Assembly (NCBI GenBank): GCA_022703585.1 | Contig: JAKLDJ010000001.1 | Location: 118,891-182,890, forward strand | Reading direction: 5' to 3' | Source: Candidatus Omnitrophota bacterium | Lineage (GTDB): Bacteria > Omnitrophota > Gorgyraeia > Zapsychrales > JAKLDJ01 | Length of the DNA stretch: 64,000 nt | Shown here: positions 18,564-27,827 of the stretch, one piece after another | How positions within the stretch are numbered: the stretch's first letter is position 1 | How the letters are laid out: each line of letters begins with the position of its first letter | Position numbers and translations under genes: made by a program | Notes under the pieces: generated by a model | Told to the model about the DNA's origin: nothing | What the model saw: only the letters and a program-made list of their open reading frames with translations | Databases searched by the model: none

Positions 18564-20444
18564 CTATCTTGCTTCTGCCGAAGGAACCTTTTTCCTTAGA
18601 TAAATCATCAGAATAGAAATGGCCGCGGGAGTAACGCCCGAAATCCGATTGGCCTGCCCTAAAGAGAGCGGTGAAAATTTCTTTAGCTTTTGCCGGATTT
18701 CCGTCGACAGCCCCGAAACACGGGAATAATCAAAGTCGGGCGGGATTTTAATATTCTCGATGCTTTTAAAACGTTGCACATCCTTTAATTGCCGCTGGAT
18801 AAACCCTTCGTACTTGATTTCATATTCGACTTGGTCGATAACGGTTGCGGGCAATTTCTTTAGCTTTCCGTCAAAAGGCGCGATCATATCATAGGTCACG
18901 CCGGGCCGTTTGAGAATATCGCTTAAAGTCATGGACCGTTTTAAAGGGCTGCTATTTATCTTTCCCAGCACCGCATCCAATGATTTGCTGGGAGAAACAT
19001 ATGTTTTCTTAAGATGCTCAATCTCTTTCTCGGCAGCGGCATATTTTCGGCATATCTTTGAATAATCACGTTTTTCGATAAGGCCAAATTCATATCCGTA
19101 CCCGGACAAACGTTTGTCGGCGTTGTCTTCCCGCACGATTAAGCGGTATTCAACCCGCGAAGTAAACATCCGGTACGGCTCATCCGTTCCCTTGGTCGTC
19201 AAATCATCGATTAAAACTCCGATATACGATTGATGGCGTTCTAAGATAAACGGGTCCTTGCCTTTGATTTTTAAAGCCGCGTTAATTCCGGCCATGATAC
19301 CTTGCGAGGCAGCCTCTTCATAGCCGGTCGTCCCGTTAATTTGGCCCGCCAAAAAGAGGTTCTGGATTTTCTTTGTCTCTAAGCTGTGGTAAAGTTCGGT
19401 AGGAACTACAACGCCGTGCTCAATAGCATAGCCGGGACGGATAATTCGCGCAGATTCCAGGCCCTTGATCGAGTGAACCAATTGTTCTTGCACATCAAAA
19501 GGGAGGCTCGTCGAGATACCGTTGGGATAGTATTCAAAAGTATCTATTCCTTCCGGCTCTAAGAAAACCTGGTGGCTTTTTTTATCGGAAAATCTAACGA
19601 TCTTATCTTCTATGGAAGGACAATAGCGCACGCCCGTTGACTTAATCACCCCCGAATACATGGCCGAGCGGTTTAAATTCGCCCGGATAATCTCATGTGT
19701 CTTTTCGTTGGTATGGGCAATATGGCAGGGAATCAATTTTTGATTGATTTTCTTTGTCGAGAAGGAAAATGGGACCGGATTTTTGTCCGGAAATTGTGAC
19801 TCGAGCTTCTTAAAATCAATCGTACGTCCGTCTAAGCGGGGCGGCGTTCCGGTCTTAAAACTTAAGGTCTCAAGCCCTAAGTCTTTTAAATTCTGCGCCA
19901 ATCGGTCGCTGGCCGGCTCGCCGATTCTGCCTCCGGCAAAAGTGGTCAGCCCGATATGAAGGCGGCCTTTAAGAAAAGTCCCCGGCGCTAAAATAACGGC
20001 CTGAGAATAAATCTCCGTACCGATTCCTGTCTTAATGCCACGCACCCGGCCATCTTTAACCAGCACCTCCGCTACCTTATCTTGGCGCACATCCAGATTC
20101 TTCTGGTGCTCAACCACACGGCGCATATACAGCTTGTAACCCATCCTGTCCGATTGGCAACGTGAGGAGCGTACCGCCTGGCCTCTGGAGGTATTCAGCT
20201 GCCGGAACTGGATAGCGGTTTTATCTGCGGCTCGGGCCATTTCTCCGCCCAAGGCATCGATTTCTTTGACCAACTGGCCCTTGCCGACTCCACCGATGGC
20301 AGGATTGCAACTCATCTGGCCGATGGTTTCGATATTAATAACCACCATGAGCGTCTTTAAACCCATGCGGCTAGAGGCCAACGCGGCCTCAACACCGGCA
20401 TGCCCACCGCCGACAACAATACAATCATAATGATGGATATTCAT
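18564..20444 (-). CDS. mnmG: tRNA uridine-5-carboxymethylaminomethyl(34) synthesis enzyme MnmG (GidA)
   Basis: 626 aa with an N-terminal FAD-binding GGGHAG motif and MnmG-specific blocks throughout (CNPAIGGVGKGQLVKEIDALGG; GQINGTTGYEEAASQG). Confidence 0.95.
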   Translation of the reverse strand: MNIHHYDCIVVGGGHAGVEAALASSRMGLKTLMVVINIETIGQMSCNPAIGGVGKGQLVKEIDALGGEMARAADKTAIQFRQLNTSRGQAVRSSRCQSDRMGYKLYMRRVVEHQKNLDVRQDKVAEVLVKDGRVRGIKTGIGTEIYSQAVILAPGTFLKGRLHIGLTTFAGGRIGEPASDRLAQNLKDLGLETLSFKTGTPPRLDGRTIDFKKLESQFPDKNPVPFSFSTKKINQKLIPCHIAHTNEKTHEIIRANLNRSAMYSGVIKSTGVRYCPSIEDKIVRFSDKKSHQVFLEPEGIDTFEYYPNGISTSLPFDVQEQLVHSIKGLESARIIRPGYAIEHGVVVPTELYHSLETKKIQNLFLAGQINGTTGYEEAASQGIMAGINAALKIKGKDPFILERHQSYIGVLIDDLTTKGTDEPYRMFTSRVEYRLIVREDNADKRLSGYGYEFGLIEKRDYSKICRKYAAAEKEIEHLKKTYVSPSKSLDAVLGKINSSPLKRSMTLSDILKRPGVTYDMIAPFDGKLKKLPATVIDQVEYEIKYEGFIQRQLKDVQRFKSIENIKIPPDFDYSRVSGLSTEIRQKLKKFSPLSLGQANRISGVTPAAISILMIYLRKKVPSAEAR

Positions 20445-20493
20445 ATCAACAAACCTTTATCCAGACATAAAAAAACGGTTAGAATAAAATCAC

Positions 20494-20664
20494 TTAAATT
20501 TTTTTTCCGATTCTAAAGAGGGTATTAACGAGGGTAAGGAGGAAAAAAACTCCTACGATAATATTCAGGTCAAGATATTGAAAATTGCTGAAAGTGATAA
20601 TAAGGATTCCGGCGAGAGAAACCGCCCACATGACATACATAACAACAGTAAAAAATATATCCAT
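20494..20664 (-). CDS. unannotated small membrane protein (56 aa, two TM helices)
   Basis: The ORF is ATG(20664)...TAA(20494) and encodes MDIFFTVVMYVMWAVSLAGILIITFSNFQYLDLNIIVGVFFLLTLVNTLFRIGKKI, with a GAAGGG SD-like sequence about 10 nt upstream. It lies in the mnmG-lacI intergenic region. Confidence 0.3.
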   Translation of the reverse strand: MDIFFTVVMYVMWAVSLAGILIITFSNFQYLDLNIIVGVFFLLTLVNTLFRIGKKI

Positions 20665-20797
20665 ATCTTTTTTCCCTTCAAGCCCAAACGGTAATTGTTT
20701 ATACCATACCGTTTTACGAAAGTTTTGTCAACATTTTCGTAAGAAAGAACGGTGATTTTTGAGTGATTGAGGGTAAAAACGGAAGTGCGTTTTAAAC

Positions 20798-21802
20798 TTA
20801 ATGTTTAGGGCCACTGCAGGATTCGCGCGTGACTAAGTCGGGAGACAAGATGATCTTTGCGGGCGTGGTCTTTTTACCGGCCACAATAGCATTAAGGTAC
20901 CTGACGGCTTCTTCGGCCATCTTAAAAAGAGGCTGACGGATTGTGGTTAAACCAATCGGCCCATACAAGGCAGAAGGATTATCGTCAAAACCGATAATCG
21001 AAATATCCTGTGGCACTTTAAGCCTTTTTTCCATAACCACTTCAATGGCCTCCAGCGCCATGTCATCGCTGGCGGCAAATATGGCCGTGGGAGGGTTTTT
21101 AAGCGACAGGAATTCTTCGACAGCGCTACGGGCACAGCGGCGGGAATAGTCCCCCTTATAAATATATTCGTCCCGCAGGGTGATTCCTTTCTTTTCAAGA
21201 GTTTCCTTAAATCCGTCCAGGCGGTGAGCCCCGGCCTGGGTGTTGACATTTCCGGTTATAGTGGCAATGCGTTTATGCCCAAGGCCGACTAAATATTCCG
21301 TCGCGATCTTAGCGCCCTTGATGTTATCAACGGCAATATAATTGACATCTAAATCCTCAACGATATTGTTGATAACAATGCAGGGGACACCTTCCTCAAG
21401 GACTTCCTGGACCTGTTTCTTATTCTCGATAATGTCGGCGAAAATAACCCCGCCCATGGCATTGGTATTAACCGGGCTATTGCCGTCGCTGATATGAAAA
21501 ACTAAATCCAGGTGCAGGGTCTCACAGGCATGGCCGACACCGCGGATAAGCTCGATGGCGTAAAAGGAATGGAACAAGCCCGGATAGCCGGGCATCACTA
21601 AGCCTACGGAATTGTTAAGGCCGCTGGCCAGCCGCTGGGCAGCAAGATTGGGTTTAAATTTTAGATGAGCAACAGCCTCTTCGACCTTAATGCGGTTTTG
21701 CTTGCTAACGGTAGGAACGTTATTGATAACGCGGGATACAGTGGTAATCGAAACCCCGGCTCGGCGGGCAACGTCTTCGATGCTGATTCTTTTTTTAACC
21801 AC
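20798..21802 (-). CDS. LacI-family transcriptional regulator
   Basis: N-terminal HTH (SIEDVARRAGVSITTVSRVINN) and a periplasmic-binding-protein-like sugar-binding core. Confidence 0.9.
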   Translation of the reverse strand: MVKKRISIEDVARRAGVSITTVSRVINNVPTVSKQNRIKVEEAVAHLKFKPNLAAQRLASGLNNSVGLVMPGYPGLFHSFYAIELIRGVGHACETLHLDLVFHISDGNSPVNTNAMGGVIFADIIENKKQVQEVLEEGVPCIVINNIVEDLDVNYIAVDNIKGAKIATEYLVGLGHKRIATITGNVNTQAGAHRLDGFKETLEKKGITLRDEYIYKGDYSRRCARSAVEEFLSLKNPPTAIFAASDDMALEAIEVVMEKRLKVPQDISIIGFDDNPSALYGPIGLTTIRQPLFKMAEEAVRYLNAIVAGKKTTPAKIILSPDLVTRESCSGPKH

Positions 21803-21814
21803 AGTCTTACAACC

Positions 21815-23077
21815 TTACTTTACGATATCACCGGCTTTAATCTTGGCGCCTTTTTGCTTGATATCGGCCGCGCAAATATCTTTTCTGACCTGGATGACTT
21901 CGACACTGGCAATAAATTTCGTTCCCCGATAAACACTCAGCTTATCGCCGATACGCACCCCGGCATTTTCTCCTCGGTCAATAACAATAAAATTATTTTC
22001 CGTATTTATACTCACGACACGCCCCTCAATACCAACGGCGCTGGCTGAGGGTTGAGAAACCGCGGCAGCAGGATTAGGCGCGCTAACGATAATGGGGGGA
22101 AGCTCGACCTCCTTGGAGGAGGAAGCCGATGTCTTTATCCGTTGGTCTAAGTTCTTTTTGATATCAAGGACTTCGTCGATTCTATTCTGGATAATGCTTT
22201 CGGTCTCGGAAAGTTTTCGCTCGACGGTATCCCGCTCTTCGCCCAGTTTCGTGATATTCTTCTCTAAGGCAATTTTAGCGGCCGATAATTCTTTGACCTG
22301 GGCGCGCAGATTTAAGTTTTCTTCCTTGAACTTATCCAAACGGTCCGCGATATAACGTTTGTCATTCTTCTCTTTGGCGAGTTCAATCGAGAGGCTGTTG
22401 GCTAAGTCCTCGCTATACTTGATCTTCCGCTCGATTTCTTCTTTGTCGTTCTTTAGCTGTCCCAACTCTAATTCCAAGTCGGAACTCTTTTTCTTAAGCT
22501 CCTCGACCTCGGTGGAGCCGCTCGACAGCTTGCCCTGCAGCTCTTCGATTTTTAATTCCAGCGAAGCTTTTTCCTTTAAGACATTCGCCCAGTATTTTTC
22601 ATTGCTTAAACTTTCCGGAAGCGCGATTGTCTCGGCCTGCTGTTCGCCAGCGGCTTGCTCCTTGGGCTGCTCCGGGACCTCCTTTGAAACCGCCGCTTGC
22701 TGCTGTAGCTGCGCCAACTCCTGGAGTTTCTCCTGGAGCTTGCTCATCAAATCATCGCGTTCTTTTCTAAGCTGATCAACCTGCCCCTTCCAGTCATCAC
22801 GTTCACCTGTTAACGTGACCACCTGGGTGTTGATATCGTCGAGTTGTTTTTTAATCTTGGCTTGGATGGATTGAGCTTCTTGGAGTTGCGTATCTAATTT
22901 TTTATTATCTTCGGTGAGCTTTTTTTCGCTTGCCTGGTAGGTTTCGATTGTTTTATTCTTATCGCTGACAGTCCGCTCGAGTTTTGTCTTATCATTAAGG
23001 AGGGAGACGCACAAAAATACGCTTGCAACAATAAGCACAAACAGTATGACGATAATCAGCTTGCCGGTTTTCGACAT
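21815..23077 (-). CDS. membrane-anchored coiled-coil protein with a C-terminal beta-rich domain
   Basis: 420 aa with an N-terminal TM helix, about 280 aa of heptad-rich coiled coil (K/E/L-rich), and a conserved-looking ~75-aa C-terminal domain (GRVVSINTENNFIVIDRGENAGVRIGDKLSVYRG...). It lies 12 nt upstream of lacI, so is probably co-transcribed. Confidence 0.6.
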   Translation of the reverse strand: MSKTGKLIIVILFVLIVASVFLCVSLLNDKTKLERTVSDKNKTIETYQASEKKLTEDNKKLDTQLQEAQSIQAKIKKQLDDINTQVVTLTGERDDWKGQVDQLRKERDDLMSKLQEKLQELAQLQQQAAVSKEVPEQPKEQAAGEQQAETIALPESLSNEKYWANVLKEKASLELKIEELQGKLSSGSTEVEELKKKSSDLELELGQLKNDKEEIERKIKYSEDLANSLSIELAKEKNDKRYIADRLDKFKEENLNLRAQVKELSAAKIALEKNITKLGEERDTVERKLSETESIIQNRIDEVLDIKKNLDQRIKTSASSSKEVELPPIIVSAPNPAAAVSQPSASAVGIEGRVVSINTENNFIVIDRGENAGVRIGDKLSVYRGTKFIASVEVIQVRKDICAADIKQKGAKIKAGDIVK

Positions 23078-23259
23078 CCCTTTTTCTCCTTTTGAGAATG
23101 ACGCAAAATAACTATATCAAACTATTTACGGCAAAACAAGAAAAATTAGATATTTTTTGACTCTTTTATTTAATATTACTATATTTTGGAAAAAATATAA
23201 GAGTTATTTATGATATTTGTAAATCCAACTGCGCAGGAGAATTGGGAGAGAATGGAACA

Positions 23260-23299
23260 GGGCAGCCCCGCACCCGGTTCACCGGGTGCGGGGCTGCCC
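23260..23299 (-). terminator. perfect 18-bp GC-rich inverted repeat (GGGCAGCCCCGCACCCGG ttca CCGGGTGCGGGGCTGCCC) downstream of the lipoprotein gene
   Basis: An exact palindrome 42 nt after the stop of 23342..24028. A U-rich tail is not obvious on the minus transcript; on the plus strand an A-tract follows. It is a likely transcription terminator or protein-binding palindrome. Confidence 0.45.
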
Positions 23300-23341
23300 T
23301 TAATCAAAAAAATCAATTACGGCAAATATTACGCCGCGTCT

Positions 23342-24028
23342 TTATTCGTACCTTAAATCATCAAGATAAAACGTACAACCCTCGGGATTGACATCCACGT
23401 TGGTCGACCAGGCAAAACCACCGCTGACATAAGAGAGGTCTTTGCCCCGCAGGTCGATTGAATACTCCCTCCACTGGGGCGTTAAAATAACCGGGCCCAC
23501 CATCGCGGAATCGGAGTCGGGATAGTCACCGCTGACTCCACCCATTTTAAACTCCTCGATACGTTCTCCGCCTTTCTCGCCCTTAGCCCAAAACGTAAGT
23601 TTCGTGGCTCCGGTTAAATCAAAACCGCCTTTACGGGATCCCCAATTATTCGCCGGATTCTGCCAATACATCCCCGCCCACTTTGCTCCCTGCTTGGAAC
23701 AAACAGTATCATAAACGATTTTGATACAGTTCTTTCCTGAATGGCAATTTTGCGACCAGATATCATCGATATTCAGGCATTTGCCGTCCGGCATAAAACC
23801 CGATGGAATAAAATGGTTATCGGGTGACCCCTTATCGGCAAAAATCGAGAACGGACGAAAGTCTCCCGTCCCCGCGTCTTTCTTTGTTGCCAACTTCTGC
23901 TCCTGAGCACCGGAGACAGACTGTTCCGCCGCCTTGGCAGAAACTGCCTGCTGTTGGCTTGATGCCTTACCGCATCCCACCGCAAAAATAAAGCATCCGG
24001 CCACCGCATAGAGAATTATACGTTTCAT
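23342..24028 (-). CDS. lipoprotein with a putative carbohydrate-binding beta-sandwich domain
   Basis: Signal peptide with a lipobox (FAVGC), followed by a Ser/Gln-rich linker and then a ~170-aa domain with aromatic-rich beta-strand character. Confidence 0.6.
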   Translation of the reverse strand: MKRIILYAVAGCFIFAVGCGKASSQQQAVSAKAAEQSVSGAQEQKLATKKDAGTGDFRPFSIFADKGSPDNHFIPSGFMPDGKCLNIDDIWSQNCHSGKNCIKIVYDTVCSKQGAKWAGMYWQNPANNWGSRKGGFDLTGATKLTFWAKGEKGGERIEEFKMGGVSGDYPDSDSAMVGPVILTPQWREYSIDLRGKDLSYVSGGFAWSTNVDVNPEGCTFYLDDLRYE

Positions 24029-24226
24029 TTTTTTAAAATCACCTTTCCTTGGGCCTTTACACCACTAAGAAAATAGTGCGGATTCTAAATCCGGAGAACA
24101 AAGGCCAATACCGCGCAACTTCAGTTGCGCAGTACTGGGCCACTACCCGGTATTAACCGCCTCTATTGCAATTCATTTTACAAAAGTCAATAAAATCGTA
24201 TTTACCTTGATGCCGTTAAGCTTATC

Positions 24227-25114
24227 TTACTCTGCTGTTTTTAATTCTGCTATTTGCCTTTGAGCAGCATCCACCGGTTTCCAGAACCAACCCTGAGGAT
24301 CCCAGCATTGGGCAAACGAAAAATCGTTAACCACTTTTTCATAAGCCTCTTTGGCCTCTGCGTTCTTGCCGGCCTTCTTTAATGCCTCGCCCTTGATGAA
24401 GAGGCATGTTCCCACGTCATTGAGGGCCCAGAACCCGAATACCTTGTCTTTCTCGACCGGATATTCATTGGCCGCTTTCAAAGTCGCCTGCATTTCTTTG
24501 GCCTTGGCTTCATAAAGCTCAAGACATTTGCCGGTATAGGCTAAGACAGCGTCGAGGTCATTGTTGGTTAAAGCAGCCCACGCCTTGGTGGCCAGCGTCG
24601 ATGAGGTATAATCACCGAAATCCAGCGTTGAGCCTGATGCGATCGCCGCCAGTTTTTCTTTTGCAGCCTCGGCAGGTTTCCAAAACCAGCCCTTAACGTC
24701 CCAGCATTGGCCGAAAGAATATTCGTTAATCAGTTTGTTGAAAACTTCCTTGGCCTCATCATTCATCTTGGCCTTGCGATAGGCCTCGCCCTGAATAAAA
24801 AGGCAGGTGGCCACATCGTTAAGAGCCCAGTAGCTGAAAATCTTATCGTTAGCACCCGAGGCATACTCGCTAAGGCCTGCCTGCATTTTCTTCGCCTGTT
24901 CACCGTAAAGATCCATACATTTGTTGGTGTAGGCTAAGACCGCCTCAATGTCCCCTTTTTCTAACGCCGCCCATGCCTTACCGGTCAAGGTCACGGAACG
25001 AAAATCCCCGAAATCATAAACCGCCGCAGAGGCCGGCTGCGCCAACGTGACTGCCGGACACAGACCAATGGTTACCGCCGCCAGCAAAACCATAAACATC
25101 GTCCTTCTCATCAC
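24227..25114 (-). CDS. secreted protein made of two tandem copies of a novel ~125-aa domain
   Basis: Signal peptide, then two collinear repeats (…KAWAALEKGDIEAVLAYTNKCMDLYGEQAKKMQ…WALNDVATCLFIQGEAYRK…QCWDVKGWFWKP and …KAWAALTNNDLDAVLAYTGKCLELYEAKAKEMQ…WALNDVGTCLFIKGEALKK…QCWDPQGWFWKP). Confidence 0.65.
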   Translation of the reverse strand: MMRRTMFMVLLAAVTIGLCPAVTLAQPASAAVYDFGDFRSVTLTGKAWAALEKGDIEAVLAYTNKCMDLYGEQAKKMQAGLSEYASGANDKIFSYWALNDVATCLFIQGEAYRKAKMNDEAKEVFNKLINEYSFGQCWDVKGWFWKPAEAAKEKLAAIASGSTLDFGDYTSSTLATKAWAALTNNDLDAVLAYTGKCLELYEAKAKEMQATLKAANEYPVEKDKVFGFWALNDVGTCLFIKGEALKKAGKNAEAKEAYEKVVNDFSFAQCWDPQGWFWKPVDAAQRQIAELKTAE

Positions 25115-25189
25115 TTCCTCCTTTTGATTGTTTTATTGCTGTGGTTTGCTTTTGTTTTTACCCGTTAACTTCGCCTAAACAATTTTCTC

Positions 25190-27553
25190 CTAAGACTGAT
25201 TCCAAAGCCTTTTATATAAATAATAGCTTTGCCTCAATTGCCTTAAGAAGGGACTGCTCTTGCCGTCTCCCTGGCCGCAGAGGCCAAACCATTCCTCATA
25301 CATATAGCCGTCGGGAAACGGGCCTATAGCGCCCGCAGTTCTATCGTGATTGGAGGGCTCGTAATTCTTCCACCACTCGTCAATCCATTCAAAAACAATG
25401 CCTCCGATGGCATTGCCCACGCCCTCCGCACTCTTAGCGGAATTGGACTCGATATCCAGCCAGTTGCCTAAATGATAATCAGCCTGGGCCTTCTCGGCCT
25501 CTTCACGCGTCAAGTTAGTCGCATACCCGGGACAACCGAATTCCGAAATAAAGGCGGGCTTTCCGGTGGCGTCAAACACCTGCTCCCAGAAAGAACCAAA
25601 TCCGTAATCACCCCGGTAGGCATTCGCCGCATAGACATCCACATCGGGACAATATTTGGCAAATATATCCAAGTATAGCATATCGCCGTTACACATGGCA
25701 ACAGGATGATTGGGGTCAATAGATTTGATCATCAAGGCCACTTCATTAACAAATTTATAATAGGCCTCGGGTTTTTTATCCGCGTTACAGGCAACACCGT
25801 AATTATTTTCATTGCCCAAAAGCCACATGAGAACATACGGCTCGTCCTTGTATTCCATAACCATCTTCCTGACCGATTCCATCATGGCAGAGCGATGTTG
25901 CGGATTTTCGTAATCGGTTCCTTCGTACCAGCTTGCGCCCGAACCCAAAGCATACTTTCCCAAGAAGTCCGCCAGGATAACACGGATACCGTATTCCTTA
26001 TACATAGCTCGCAAGAGATTCTTATCAGGTTCAAACGGCTGATGATAAAAACGGATGGTGTTGGCCCCCAATTCCTCGAGCAGCCTGAAGTCACCTACCA
26101 CCAATTCATTCACATCTTGGATGTTATTTAAGTTCCCGTCAACCCAAGAATCGTACGGCCCGTCAGCCTTGCCGTTATGATTGGTATCTTCCGTCATCCA
26201 ATTAACCAACGTTCCCTTGTCCGGGCTCTGCCCTACCTTGGTAGGGGCATAGGTAATACCTTTGATTATATACGGTTTCCCGCCGACAAGCATCTGCCAG
26301 TGGCCATTTTCATATTGAACCAGACGCACTTCGCCTTGCCCTAAGCTTCTTTTGATTTTCCCCAAGTTAACACGCTGCTTATTTAAATTCAATCGTTCCG
26401 CCACGTGATCCATAAAACTTTTCTTCTTGAGGATTCCCGGCGAAGTAATCACAATATCATTGGCGATATCGTTATCAAAACCTTTAATGACCTGGATCTT
26501 GGCTCCCTTAAATTGCAGATTCAACTCCGGATGCAAGCGAACCAGGTGCCGGATCTTGGCGACAGCAGCCTGACCAGGATACCAGGGCGTACGCCAGTAG
26601 GTCCGGCCGGTGGCATTGGGAAAATGCACGATAATTGCCCGATAAGCCTTTAAGGCCTCATAATACATCTTGGCTTTTTCAAAGATTAATCCGATATAAA
26701 AAAGCTTAACTCCCCAGGGTTCGGGAGCCGTCGCCCATTTATAAAAAGCCGCCTCCAAATCCGCGCTGTGCACAAAATCCCAGTGGCTGCCCTCCAGCCT
26801 TCCTTCTTTTCTGACCCGATTATAACCGGGGTCTTTTAAAACCGAACCCGTATTCGGATAAATCCCTTCGCCGATCGCCTCGGATAATCCTTTGGGATCA
26901 GTAGCCTCATAATGATACTCTTTAGTGCCCGCCCCGATAAATCTCCCGTACTTCGCGTAATCGACAACGTCTTCTTTTCCCTTAAAATGAAGCTGGGGCA
27001 AGGTCTTTTTTTCTTCCTTGGTAACGACAACAGGTTTTTCCTCCGCTTTCTTACCGTTCAGCATGTCAATACTCGCCTGGCTTTTCTCCGCCACCGACCA
27101 AAACCAGCCGCGCGGATCCCAAGCCTGCGACCATTTATATTCATCAATGATTTTTTGGAAAATCTGTTTGGCCTCTTCGCTGCGGCCGTTTTGCATCAGG
27201 GCTTCGGCTTTAATAAATAAGCACGTGGCCACATTGTTTAACGATTGATAATCGTCTTCCTGGCCGGGCATGGGAAAAGTCCCTAAGCTTGCCTGTTGGT
27301 TCTTGGCCTCATTGTCGTAGGTATCAACACATTTTTGGGTAATCGATAGAACCTTTTCCAAATCGTTTTTCCCTGAGGCTTCCCAGGCTTGACGGACGAA
27401 TTCTTTGGAAGGAATGTCGGAAGGAACATCTTGGGCAAGGGCATAGGAGTTGGGGTTTAGGGCATAGAAGAAAAAGGCCAGGGCCAACATTTTCATTGTT
27501 AAGCCCCAGCCCCTAGACCCTAATCCCTGAACCATAGACCCTAAACTTCTCAT
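25190..27553 (-). CDS. secreted glycoside hydrolase, clan GH-A TIM barrel (GH2/GH5-like), with an N-terminal copy of the novel domain found in 24227..25114
   Basis: 787 aa with a signal peptide. The N-terminal ~130 aa match the repeat of the upstream gene (CLFIKAEALMQNG…QAWDPRGWFWS). The catalytic core carries an NE acid/base motif (LLGNENNYG) and a nucleophile motif (FISEFGCPGY), as in GH2/GH5 families. Confidence 0.7.
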   Translation of the reverse strand: MRSLGSMVQGLGSRGWGLTMKMLALAFFFYALNPNSYALAQDVPSDIPSKEFVRQAWEASGKNDLEKVLSITQKCVDTYDNEAKNQQASLGTFPMPGQEDDYQSLNNVATCLFIKAEALMQNGRSEEAKQIFQKIIDEYKWSQAWDPRGWFWSVAEKSQASIDMLNGKKAEEKPVVVTKEEKKTLPQLHFKGKEDVVDYAKYGRFIGAGTKEYHYEATDPKGLSEAIGEGIYPNTGSVLKDPGYNRVRKEGRLEGSHWDFVHSADLEAAFYKWATAPEPWGVKLFYIGLIFEKAKMYYEALKAYRAIIVHFPNATGRTYWRTPWYPGQAAVAKIRHLVRLHPELNLQFKGAKIQVIKGFDNDIANDIVITSPGILKKKSFMDHVAERLNLNKQRVNLGKIKRSLGQGEVRLVQYENGHWQMLVGGKPYIIKGITYAPTKVGQSPDKGTLVNWMTEDTNHNGKADGPYDSWVDGNLNNIQDVNELVVGDFRLLEELGANTIRFYHQPFEPDKNLLRAMYKEYGIRVILADFLGKYALGSGASWYEGTDYENPQHRSAMMESVRKMVMEYKDEPYVLMWLLGNENNYGVACNADKKPEAYYKFVNEVALMIKSIDPNHPVAMCNGDMLYLDIFAKYCPDVDVYAANAYRGDYGFGSFWEQVFDATGKPAFISEFGCPGYATNLTREEAEKAQADYHLGNWLDIESNSAKSAEGVGNAIGGIVFEWIDEWWKNYEPSNHDRTAGAIGPFPDGYMYEEWFGLCGQGDGKSSPFLRQLRQSYYLYKRLWNQS

Positions 27554-27747
27554 CCCGCAAATCGCTCCTTAAGGAAAGACTTTTATGATGTATTTTCGAA
27601 TGCTCAAGTATACACCAATAATGGGGCAGAGGCAACATTTAGACTATCATTCATGCCGGGCGTTCAACCCGCCAAAATTCCCCGTCCGAAAGGACAGGAT
27701 TTGCTTAAAGTTGCTAAATTACCCCCATCTTCATTAGATAAATAATA

Positions 27748-27776
27748 TTGTACCCACCGGGTTTGTTTGTTATAAT
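27748..27776 (+). promoter_or_regulatory. sigma70-like promoter (TTGTAC-17-TATAAT) for the MFS transporter gene
   Basis: The plus strand reads TTGTACccaccgggtttgtttgtTATAAT, about 50 nt upstream of the ATG at 27828, which is preceded by a GGAGGG SD. Confidence 0.45.
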
Positions 27777-27827
27777 ACGAAACTCATAATCATTCAAGTA
27801 AAATATTATTTACCAGGGAGGGAATGA

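Noticed and set aside
24029-24226. Possible tRNA or small RNA in the 198-nt spacer containing hairpins GCGCAACT-tc-AGTTGCGC and CGGATT-cta-AATCCG
   Set aside because: No cloverleaf is present (no 7-bp acceptor stem, T-loop GTTC or anticodon-loop geometry). The hairpins are more simply a terminator for the upstream minus-strand gene
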